Shown: positions 1-9,157 of the stretch, in pieces
Position numbering within the stretch: position 1 is the stretch's first letter
Layout of the letters: the number at the start of each line of letters is the position of its first letter
Made by a program: the position numbers and the translations under genes
NCBI RefSeq assembly: GCF_006345805.1
Contig: NW_021824875.1
Span: 1 to 17,299 of the forward strand
Origin: Octopus sinensis
Lineage: Eukaryota
Reading direction: 5' to 3'
DNA: 17,299 nt
The notes under the pieces: model-generated
The model's database searches: none
The model's input: only the letters and a program-made list of their open reading frames with translations
Told to the model about the DNA's origin: nothing

Positions 1-394
1 GCTCAGAATTTTTTCTGGTCTAGTAGCCCATCCCCCTCAAAAGGTCCCTGAATAAGGATTGTTTAAGGATGCTTCCAGAGGTGAATCATCCAAACCTCCA
101 AGAATTCATTTCAACACATGGCTATGATGCTCCCCCACTACTTCTGCTCGTGGTCAGAGATGCACATATCGTTCAGCCACTAAGGGACATGCTCAAATGG
201 GTTAAGGTCAAACAACTGACAAGCAAATCTGTGGTATTGAGCAGAATATTTGCTGTAGCCCATCTTTTATACCAAGACAAAACAATGTACATGATAACAC
301 TTCCAATCAGTTAAGATCAGAAGCCATGAGAGCCACTGCTGGTACTGCATCAGGGCATTGTGAGAGCCACTGTCTGGTACTGCATCAGAGCATT
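1..394 (-). mobile_element. Interspersed repeat 'D', probable 3' UTR portion of a non-LTR retrotransposon (possibly R4/Dong clade); runs off the window start
   Basis: About 1-290 is the reverse complement of about 15751-16045 (e.g. cccatcttttataccaagacaa vs ttgtcttggtataaaagatggg). Strand is inferred from the (TAA)n-tailed copy at 15751-16228. Its 5' end abuts a (CAT)n run. The clade assignment is inference. Confidence 0.7.
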
Positions 395-498
395 CATCAT
401 CATCATCATCATCATCACCACCACCACCACCACGCCACTACTACTACTACTACTACTACTACTAGAAACTACGACTACTACTACTACTACTACTACTG

Positions 499-532
<34 letters not shown>

Positions 533-533
533 T

Positions 534-580
<47 letters not shown>
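394..580. repeat. Compound trinucleotide microsatellite (CAT)n(CAC)n(CTA)n(CTG)n(CTA)n
   Basis: Seen directly. Confidence 0.98.
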
Positions 581-930
581 TCATTGTGACTCAAAACTAT
601 ATAAAAGGTGTAAAAAACCTGGATTCTTTAATCAAAACAGTAAGAGTATTGGTATGGAGTTTGGAGTAAAACAAGGTGCGCAGTGCTAATGGAGTTTGTG
701 AGTAAACAAGTGCGCAGTGCTAATTACGAAGAGAGGCTGGAAGACAAGCTCTGATGGTATAAAATTACCGCAAGACAATGTTGTTAGATCGCTGTGGAAT
801 AATGAGAAATACCTAGGGGTGTTGTAATACGATAGGATAATGGAAGAAGAGATGAGATAGAAAATTAAATACAAGAGTACAATTAAGAAGGTACTCGAAA
901 CACAATTAAATGTAAGTAATATCATTGAAG

Positions 931-1265
931 GCGCGTGGCTCAGTGGTTAGAGCGTCGGGCTTACGATCGTTAGGTTATGAGCTCGAATCCCGGACCGGGC
1001 TGCGTGTTGTGTTCTTGAGCAAGACGCTTTATTTCACGTTGCTCCAGTTCACTCAGCTGTAGAAATGAGCTGCGACGTCACTGGTGCCAAGCTGTATCGG
1101 CCCTTGCCTTTCCCTTGGATAACACTGGTGGCATGGAGAGGGGAGGCTGGTATGCATGGGCGACTGCTGGTCTTCCATAAATAACCTTGCCCAGACTTGT
1201 GCCTCAGAGGGTAACTCTCTAGGTGCAAGCCCATGGTCAGTGTCTGACCGAAGGGGGTCACACAC
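931..1265 (+). mobile_element. tRNA-derived SINE (head and middle shared with family C, different 3' domain)
   Basis: A-box-like TGGCTCAGTGG and B-box-like GCTCGAATCC; middle ttgagcaagacgctttatttcacgttgctccagttcactcagctg; 13-bp TSD aatatcattgaag at 918-930 and 1266-1278. Confidence 0.92.
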
Positions 1266-1593
1266 AATATCATTGAAGTAATAAATACATCATTGGCTCT
1301 GTCAGCATTAAGATTCTCTGCTCCCTTTCTGAAATGGATAAAAGTGGATCTACAGAACTTGAATGGAAGAATAGAAAGCTACTCACAATGCCCAATGAAC
1401 ATTGAAAGTTATGAACAATGATGAAAGACTTGATAGACCTACTGGCAAAGAAAGGAAAAAAAAAAGGTAGACCATTACGAAACAGAGGAAGACACTGTTA
1501 GTACTGTGATGTTGGGTTTAGGCATTATGTTGTGCGGAGTGAAGAAAGGATACTATCGGTAGTTGAGATGACCAGAAAATTTACTGAAACATA

Positions 1594-1762
1594 GGCGCAG
1601 GAGTGGCTGGTGGTAAGTAGCTTGCTAACCAACTACATGGTTCCGGGTTCAGTCCCACTGCGTGGCATCTTGGCAAGTGTCTTCTGCTATAGCCCCGGGC
1701 CGACCAATGCCTTGTGAGTGGATTTGGTAGACGGAAACTGAAAGAAGCCTGTCGTATATATG

Positions 1763-1793
<31 letters not shown>

Positions 1794-2015
1794 GTTTGTG
1801 TGTCTGTGTTTGTCCCCCTAGCATTGCTTGACAACCGATGCTGGTGTGTTTATGTCCCCGTCACCTAGCGGTTCGGCAAAAAGAGACCGATAGAATAAGT
1901 ACTGGGCTTACAAAAGAATAAGTCTCGGGGTCGATTTGCTCGACTAAAGGCGGTGCTCCAGCATGGCCGCAGTCAAATGTCTGAAACAAGTAAAAGAGTA
2001 AAAGAGTAAAGAGTA
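1594..2015 (+). mobile_element. tRNA-derived SINE family B, full length, with internal (TA)n/(TG)n and (GAGTAAAA)n tail
   Basis: Head ggcgcaggagtggct..gggttcagtccc, followed by tggcaagtgtcttct (CORE-like start). Related copies at 5894-6303, 8512-8828, 13926-14097 and 16880-17106. Confidence 0.92.
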
Positions 2016-2338
2016 GGAGAATTGAAGCACAGAAAGAAGATCAACAGATCAAGCAGGTGGAAAGAAATGGAGTTGCATGGCCATTTCATGCAGCAAGCTG
2101 AGGATTCTGGAAGTAAAGAATGCTAGCTGTGGCCGGGCTTGCGGAAACATGAAACGAAAATCCGAAGCACTGGTTTTGGTGCTCATGAACGAGCCATTAG
2201 GAGGAATCTGATAAGGGCCAAAGATCAACAAAATCTCAGTCATAGAGCAAATGGAAAATCTGCAGGAAAAAAAAAAGAGGGAAATGTTAATCATCTTTTG
2301 GGTCAATGCAGTAAGCTCTAGCACAAAATGAATATATA

Positions 2339-2607
2339 TGACTACAACAACAACAACAAAAACTACTACTACTATACTACTACTACTACTACTACTACTA
2401 ACACCACTACTACTACCACTACCAATACCACTACCACCACCACCACCACCACCACCACCACCACTACTACTACCACCACTACTACCACCACTACTACTAC
2501 CACTACCACCACCACCACCACCACCACCACCACCACCACCCCACCACCACAATACTACTACTACTACTAACCACCACCACCACCACCACCACCACCACCA
2601 CCACCAC

Positions 2608-2639
<32 letters not shown>

Positions 2640-2660
2640 CACCACTACCACCACCACCAC
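2339..2660. repeat. Compound (CAA)n(CTA)n(CCA)n microsatellite
   Basis: Seen directly. Confidence 0.98.
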
Positions 2661-2875
2661 GTTGCTCCAGTCCACTCAGCTGGCAAAAATGAGTTGTACT
2701 TGTATTTCAAAGGGTCAGCCTTGTCACTCTCTGTGTCACGCTGATTATCCCCGAGAACTACGTTAAGGGTACACGTGTCTGTGGAATGCTCAGCCATTTG
2801 CACGTTAATTTCACGAGCAAGCTGTTCCGTTGATCGTATCAGCTGGGACCCTCGTCGTCGTAACCGGCGGAGTCT
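2658..2875 (+). mobile_element. 5'-truncated SINE family C (no tRNA head)
   Basis: Exact reverse complement of 3193-3410. Confidence 0.93.
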
Positions 2876-3038
2876 TTTTTTAGACATCTCGGACAGGAGC
2901 AGACCTAGTGACAGTACTCTTGTATCTCTAGAGTTTATCACGAACCAGCAATGTTTCTTTGGCGGCGGCTCTATCAAATCAAGGATTTTGGGACGTAAAA
3001 AAAAACAAAAGAAAAAAAACAACAACTAGAAGTGGGAT

Positions 3039-3086
3039 GCTTACAGCACCTACATTACCCGAGCGGTTCCCCATCTACAACCAGGA
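3039..3086 (-). pseudogene. Degenerate fragment resembling the 3' half of 5S rRNA
   Basis: Minus strand TCCTGGTTGTAGATGGGGAACCGCTCGGGTAATGTAGGTGCTGTAAGC aligns by eye to animal 5S GCCTGGTTAGTACTTGGATGGGAGACCGCCTGGGAATACCGGGTGCTGTAGGC; T-runs follow downstream (2997-3019 on minus). Confidence 0.6.
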
Positions 3087-3186
3087 CATAAATAGTATGA
3101 TAATAAAAGCTGAGCTAAACTGGCCTTAACAGTGGTTGCAAACTTCTCGTCAATCAGTTTTGTGATACTCATATGAATCTTCCCCT

Positions 3187-3514
3187 CCTTTTAGACTCCG
3201 CCGGTTACGACGACGAGGGTCCCAGCTGATACGATCAACGGAACAGCTTGCTCGTGAAATTAACGTGCAAATGGCTGAGCATTCCACAGACACGTGTACC
3301 CTTAACGTAGTTCTCGGGGATAATCAGCGTGACACAGAGAGTGACAAGGCTGACCCTTTGAAATACAAGTACAACTCATTTTTGCCAGCTGAGTGGACTG
3401 GAGCAACGTGAAATAAAGTGTCTTGCTCAAGGACACAACGCGTCGCCGGGAATCGAACTCACAACCTTACGATCATGAGCCGAATGCCCTAACCACTAAG
3501 CCACGCGCCCTCAC
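3187..3514 (-). mobile_element. tRNA-derived SINE family C, full length
   Basis: Minus-strand head ggcgcgtggcttagtggttagg..gagttcgattccc; 13-bp TSD tgaatcttcccct at 3174-3186 and 3515-3527. Confidence 0.95.
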
Positions 3515-3836
3515 TGAATCTTCCCCTATATCAGAAAGTATTACAAAACGACATGTGGATCTTTCCATAGAAACCGATCACCGAACATAACATGATGAAC
3601 CGACCTGGTATCATTTTTCCAAAATAAAAGATGGCAGTGGTATATTAATAATCCACATTACATAAACAAATTATTTTCAAGCTGTGCGACTTGGTAAAAA
3701 CGGTACGGAGTTCCACTGATTTAGCTGTTGGATCCAAAACATTATTATAGGTAAGATTTGTGTGTCCCATCACCATCATCCCAATTAGTATATCTGGAAT
3801 GAGACACAACCACTTCCTTGAAGACAATAGCGTAAT

Positions 3837-4221
3837 GGATGGAAGCACTCCGTCGGTTACGACGACGAGGGTTCCGGTTGATCCGATCAACGGAACAGCC
3901 TGCTCGTGAAATTAACGTGTAAGTGGCTGAGCACTCCACAGACACGTGCACCATTAACGTAGTTCTCGGGGATATTCAGCGTGACACAGAGAGTGACAAG
4001 GCCGGCCCTTTGAAATACAGGTACAACAGAAACAGGAAGTAAGAGTGAGAGAAAGTTGTGGTGAAAGAGTACAGCAGGGATCACCACCATCCCCTGCCGG
4101 AGCCTCGTGGAGCTTTAGGTGTTTTCGCTCAATAAACACTCACAACGCCCGGTCTGGGAATCGAAACCGCGATCCTACGACCGCGAGTCCGCTGCCCTAA
4201 CCACTCGGCCATTGCGCCCCC
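3837..4221 (-). mobile_element. tRNA-derived SINE family C' (different head and middle, same 3' domain as C)
   Basis: Minus-strand head ggcgcaatggccgagtggttagg..ggtttcgattccc; 13-bp TSD acaatagcgtaat at 3824-3836 and 4222-4234; sister copy at 14435-14825. Confidence 0.95.
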
Positions 4222-4439
4222 ACAATAGCGTAATAGGAACGGAGAATAGTGTTTAGCATATGTAAACGTAGTGGGAGTATTCCCACGTTTGCTAATCTCA
4301 ATAATGTATTTGCAAATAGTCGAAAAATTAATTGGGAGTTAGTATGTAGAAGCGTTATTATATATAGTGACTAGCTGAGTTAGGTATGAAGCGACAGACT
4401 GACACATACGCTCTGAAGCTCATACATCTACATATACAC

Positions 4440-4475
4440 AAACTACGATACACATACATTACATACATGTTGACG

Positions 4476-4508
<33 letters not shown>

Positions 4509-5112
4509 TATGGCTGCCCCCTCGTTATCGAGTATGGCCATTGCACGAAGCTTAATTGTTACTGGTGCTGTGATCGAATGTGACTTTTTAGCCCATACAT
4601 ATATACATACATACATACATGCATGCATGCATGCATACATACATTCATACATACATACATACATACATATATACATACATGCATACATACATACATACAT
4701 ACATACATACATACATACATACATGCATACATACATACATACATACATGCATGCATGCATACATACATACATACATACATACATACATACATGCATGCAT
4801 ACATATATATATACATACATACATCCATACATACATACATCCATACATACATGCATGCATACATATATACATGCATACATACATACATACATACATGCAT
4901 ACATGCATACATACATACATGCATACATACATACATGCATACATACATGCATACATACATGCATACATACATGCATACATACCAACACACACATATATGT
5001 GTAAATACATACATACATACGTACATAATACATACATGCATACGTATATATATGCATGCATACGTACATACATACATACATACATACATACATACATACA
5101 TACATACATACA

Positions 5113-5145
<33 letters not shown>

Positions 5146-5147
5146 GC
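4440..5147. repeat. Long degenerate (TACA)n/(TGCA) microsatellite containing a ~90-bp unique island (4508-4594)
   Basis: Seen directly; source of the YIHT/MYVC pseudo-ORFs. Confidence 0.97.
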
Positions 5148-5387
5148 ATTAGGTTTATACGTGTAATTATTGGGGCCCTGAGATATGTAATACACAGCCT
5201 AAATACCAATCTTGAGAAATTAGGTTTCTCAAAACCAGAAAGGAGAAAGCTAATTCGAAGACTAAAGATCCCATCCATCACCGGAACTGTAAAAGTCTGT
5301 AAAACTTTCCAGATGTTTATCATTTAAATATACACGAGCATGTATAGATATGCATACATAAAGCAAAACGTACAACTCTGCACTTAT
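5148..5387 (+). mobile_element. 5'-truncated end of an R4-clade (RLE) non-LTR ORF plus start of its 3' UTR, flanked by (TACA)n
   Basis: Open frame RFIRVIIGALRYVIHSLNTNLEKLGFSKPERRKLIRRLKIPSITGTVKVCKTFQMFII* (stop at 5325-5327) resembles the 'PIIIGALG...GT..I.K' C-terminus of RLE-type elements. Confidence 0.75.
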
Positions 5388-5592
5388 ACATACATACATA
5401 CATACTACATACATACATACATACATGCATGCATGCATACATACATATATATACATACATGCATGCATACATACATACACACACATACATACATACATAC
5501 ATACATACATACATACATACATACATACACACACACATACATACATACATACATACATACATACATACATACATACATACATACATACATAG
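5388..5592. repeat. (TACA)n microsatellite
   Basis: Seen directly. Confidence 0.97.
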
Positions 5593-5893
5593 ACATGTAC
5601 ACAAGTTTCGCCTAGCGGCTGATGGCAACTGACAGTTGTGACCATCCTCGTTCTGATATTAAAAAAACTTCACACAGCACCATGTATTGAGTTCTATATC
5701 AGATAATGTCTGCAACCTGTATAACGTACGCTGATATATGTTTTACAGTTCTTCCATTATGATACATACGTTCATGCATACAAACATAATACATACATAT
5801 ATACAAGACTACATTCATTCAAACAAACATACATATATAGAAACATACAATCACACGTACTTATAAATGTGTATCTGTGAGTGTGTGCATGCA

Positions 5894-6303
5894 TACTCTT
5901 TTGCTCTTTTACTTGTTTCAGTCATTTGACTGCGGCCATGCTGGAGCACCGCCTTTAGTCGAGCAAATCGACCCCGGGACTTATTCTTTCTAAGCCCAGT
6001 ACTTATTCTATCGGTCTCTTTTGCCGAACCGCTAAGTAACGGTGACATAAACACACCAGCATCGGTTGTCATGCAATGCTAGAGGGACAAACACAGACGC
6101 ACAAACACACACACACATACATACATATATATACATATATACGACAGGCTTCTTTCAGTTTCCGTCTACCAAATCCACTCACAAGGCTTTGGTCAGCCCG
6201 GGGCTATAGCAGAAGACACTTGCCCAAGGTGCCACACAGTGGGACTGAACCCGGAACCATGTGGTTGGTTAAGAAGCTACTTACCACACAGCCACTCCTG
6301 CGC
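5894..6303 (-). mobile_element. tRNA-derived SINE family B, full length
   Basis: Reverse complement of 1594-2015 along its length. Confidence 0.93.
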
Positions 6304-6322
6304 ATGTATACACACACACACA

Positions 6323-6353
<31 letters not shown>

Positions 6354-6622
6354 TTCACACAAATATTTGAAAACCAACAGCATAAACATTTTATGTACAC
6401 ATGTGCCCATGCGCATACGACGAAGCCACACAGACCTATCTACACAACATACATATATTACAAGATACACACAAAGCAATCTACAATAAATTTAATGATC
6501 GTCTGCATTGTTCATTTATTTTTATGCTAACGTTTTATTGCTCTCGAATCGTTTATGTAGAATGATTAAAATGTGTGATGGGGGGGGGGGAGAAAACACT
6601 GAGAACAAACAAAAGTTAATGG

Positions 6623-6637
6623 AATAATAATAATATA

Positions 6638-6690
<53 letters not shown>

Positions 6691-6700
6691 TAATAATAAT
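6623..6700. repeat. (TAA)n microsatellite
   Basis: Seen directly. Confidence 0.97.
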
Positions 6701-6957
6701 GGGTGTATATATAATGACAATCTGAAGATAATAGAAGAAAGGCTTGTGTAGTTAGAACTGAGTGAAAAAAATAAGACGATTATTTTGGTGAATATTTTTG
6801 ATACCAGATGTTGTAACTGTACAGTATAATGGAGAAAAATAGCAGCAACGTTAGATGAAAAAGGATAAACATACAAACATATCGATAAATATCGAGATAT
6901 TTAAACCACCTATTTGCATATATACAAATATGTATAGAATTGTCTATCTATCTATCA

Positions 6958-6995
<38 letters not shown>

Positions 6996-7360
6996 AAAGA
7001 TGGGTGAATGTTGCAAAGATGGTGCGTGCTAGTAACGAAACCATTTTGAGCATGATCCTGTAGATCGTAAAAAAGAAAAAAAGAGAGCATTTTTGACCTC
7101 ATGTGTTTATTTCCTCCCTGACTGGGGTTCCCGTGGTCTTTTCTGTAGGCTTTTTCCCACGGATGAACCCAATCTTGTTATATCAATGTTTACACCATTA
7201 TTCCTGTGATACACGATTTTCTTTTTTTCCTTTTTTTTCCTCCTCTCGATCCCTTTTGATCGCAATCTTACATTTTTTATTTTTTTCCACCCTCGAAAAA
7301 AAAGCTCTGCATTTGTATTTGTCCCCTCTGTATTCAGCCCTGTGTGGCTAATAAAAGAAA
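6996..7360 (+). mobile_element. 5'-truncated LINE 3' end (ORF C-terminus plus 3' UTR), probably L1/Tx1 clade
   Basis: Frame 6998-7063 reads RWVNVAKMVRASNETILSMIL* (the F..RW-type terminus of L1/Tx1 ORF2; family call by recollection). T-rich UTR ends agccctgtgtggctaataaaagaaa. Homologous to 7539-7867. Confidence 0.65.
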
Positions 7361-7394
7361 GTTTATCTATCTATCTATCTATCTATCTATCATA

Positions 7395-7425
<31 letters not shown>

Positions 7426-7464
7426 CTTATCTGTCTATATATCTCTCTGTCTATCTATCTATCT

Positions 7465-7535
<71 letters not shown>

Positions 7536-7538
7536 GTC

Positions 7539-7867
7539 TTTCATTGACCGAGGTTACCGTGGTCTTTTCCGTAGGCTTTTCTTTCCACGGTAAACCTCAC
7601 CTGTCCTCCCTTTTACACTACTTCATATTGACATTTCTGTGATAACGATCCCTATTGATCAATTTTTTTTCCTCTCCCCCCCCTTTTTTTTTTTTTTTTT
7701 TTTTAACCCCCCCTTTTTTTTGTCCTCTTTCTCTCCTTTTAGATCCCTTTTGATCGAAACTCCCCTTTCCTTTTTTTTTTTTTTTTTTTTTTTTAAACCT
7801 TCAAAAGAAAAGCTCTACCTTGTAATTTGTTCTATCTGTGTGCAGCCCTGTGTGGCTAATAAAGAAA
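7539..7867 (+). mobile_element. Second, shorter and diverged 3' UTR copy of the same LINE family
   Basis: Shares gtggtctttt-c/tgtaggcttt, gatcccttttgatcg, aaagctct and agccctgtgtggctaataaagaaa with 6996-7360. Confidence 0.75.
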
Positions 7868-7928
7868 CATATCTATCTATCTATCTATCTATCTGTCTAT
7901 CTGTCTGTCTGTCTGTCTATCTATCTAC

Positions 7929-8016
<88 letters not shown>

Positions 8017-8019
8017 AAA

Positions 8020-8400
8020 CACCCTCCTCACCAAGCAAGCTTGGTGGGGTTGCCGGTTTACTCGCCGACGAACCGACCATGCAACAGGTTGTACTGGGTT
8101 ACATGTTACCAGTAGTACTCGAAAGTCACCTGACATACATACATACATACATACATGCATACATACATACATACATACATACATACATACATACATACAT
8201 ACATACATACACACACATACATACATACATACATACATACATACATACATACATACATACATACATTGGAGCAACGGGATACATATCACCGCCTGGAGAA
8301 AAGTATGGCTGAATTTGGGTTCTTGGGGAGAGAATGCAAATCCCTGATTCATACTCCAAAAAACAACACGATATCTGACTATAAAAATCTGCAAGCCCTT
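8020..8400 (+). mobile_element. Probable 5' UTR of the RTE-clade LINE whose ORF resumes at 9158; split by (TACA)n at 8133-8266
   Basis: Begins caccctcctcaccaagcaagcttggtg, with a CACCAAGC/GCTTGGTG hairpin at 8029-8046, which I recognise as RTE 5'-end-like. Position and strand fit the downstream ORF remnant. Confidence 0.5.
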
Positions 8401-8511
8401 TTAAGATTTTACGGATGAAGGTCGACAAAACAAGATACTTCCCTTCACAATATTGCTACTAAGTAGGTGGCCGGTCTAAATTTACTCTAAAATTAAAAAG
8501 AGAAAGAGAAC

Positions 8512-8828
8512 AGAGTGGCTGTGGGGTAAGTAACTTGCTTACCAGCCACATGGTTCTGGGTTCATTCTCACAGCGTGGCACCTTGGGCAAGTGTCTTCTA
8601 CTATAGTCTCGGGCCGACCAAAGCCTTGTGAGTGGATTTGGCCGACGGAAACTGAAAGAAGCCCGTCGTGTATATGTCTTTATATATGTATGTATGTGTA
8701 TATGTTTGCGTGCCTGTGTTCGTCCCTTCAGCCGATGCTGGTGTGTTTATGTCCCCATAACTTAGCGGTTCGGCAAAAAGAGACCGATAGAATAAGTACT
8801 AGGCTTAGAAAGAATAAATCCTGGGGTC
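8512..8828 (+). mobile_element. SINE family B, truncated at its 3' end
   Basis: Matches 1594-1932 and stops at ctggggtc, before the gatttgctcgac present in the other copies. Confidence 0.92.
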
Positions 8829-9157
8829 TGTGGGATGACGTCAGCAGCTGGGGAGCTGACCGGAACTTGGGGGCTGACCGGAAGGAGCAGCGGTGACGCG
8901 CGCGCAGCGAGGGCAGGATTCTGCCTTTTCGAGTCAGGTCGCCGAGCGGGAAAAGACGGGTCAGCACGTATGTTAAGGTTTGGGAGAAGCAGCTGCTATC
9001 TCTAGCGTTCGGGTCGGGCTGTGTCGAAGGATCCATTACCGTTGAAGGGTCCCCATCTGATACCCGGCTTTGGTTAAACTGCACCGCAAAATGTGGGAGT
9101 AGTTAGGAATCTAAATCGTAGGAGACAGACACACAACCGCTCTTTTATATATAAAGA
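8829..9157 (-). mobile_element. Helitron-like 5' segment with GC/CpG-rich interior; 3' end missing
   Basis: Minus strand starts A|TCTTTATATATAAAAGAGCGGTTGTGTGTCTGTC (5'-TC after a host A, AT-rich start, GTCT-type run), as in animal Helitrons. No TSD. Host RTE frame resumes immediately at 9158. Confidence 0.55.

Larger units (their letters stand above)
581..2338 (+). pseudogene. Decayed R4/Dong-clade (RLE-type non-LTR) reverse transcriptase ORF fragment, interrupted by SINEs at 931-1265 and 1594-2015
   Basis: Hand translation across stops and frameshifts gives collinear motifs typical of R4/Dong ORFs: KLY..LDSLIKTVRV..IGMEFG..KCAVLITKRG..DGIKLP..KYLGVL..KKVLETQLNVSNIIEVINT..ALRFSAPFLKW..RKLLTM (581-1593), then RWKEMELHGHF..AIRRNLIRAK..KWKIC..NVNHLLGQCSKL, a degenerate CCHC knuckle (2016-2338). 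Confidence 0.85.
6943..8016. repeat. Three (TCTA)n arrays (6943-6995, 7364-7535, 7870-8016) separated by two related insertions
   Basis: Seen directly. Confidence 0.97.

Noticed and set aside
931-1010. tRNA genes at SINE heads (also 1594, 3440-3510, 4150-4220, 10790-10868, 14750-14825)
   Set aside because: They have A/B boxes but run straight into SINE bodies, several with TSDs; I could not fold a complete cloverleaf with an acceptor stem.
1-2338. Twin-priming inversion joining repeat D (-) and the R4 RT fragment (+)
   Set aside because: They are head-to-head but separated by 185 bp of microsatellite, no TSD is visible, and there is no evidence that they belong to the same family.
581-5387. 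R4 RT fragment (581-2338) and R4 C-terminus (5148-5387) as one element
   Set aside because: The first is heavily decayed and the second has an intact frame; I could not find the intervening RLE core in between. Probably separate insertions.
6712-6875. Faint AP-endonuclease-like peptide (ERLV*LELSEKNKTIILVNIF)
   Set aside because: Too short and too AT-biased to call by eye; a profile search would be needed.
9026-9040. gaaggatccattacc resembles the 18S rRNA 3' end
   Set aside because: About 15 nt with an insertion and no flanking rDNA similarity; chance.
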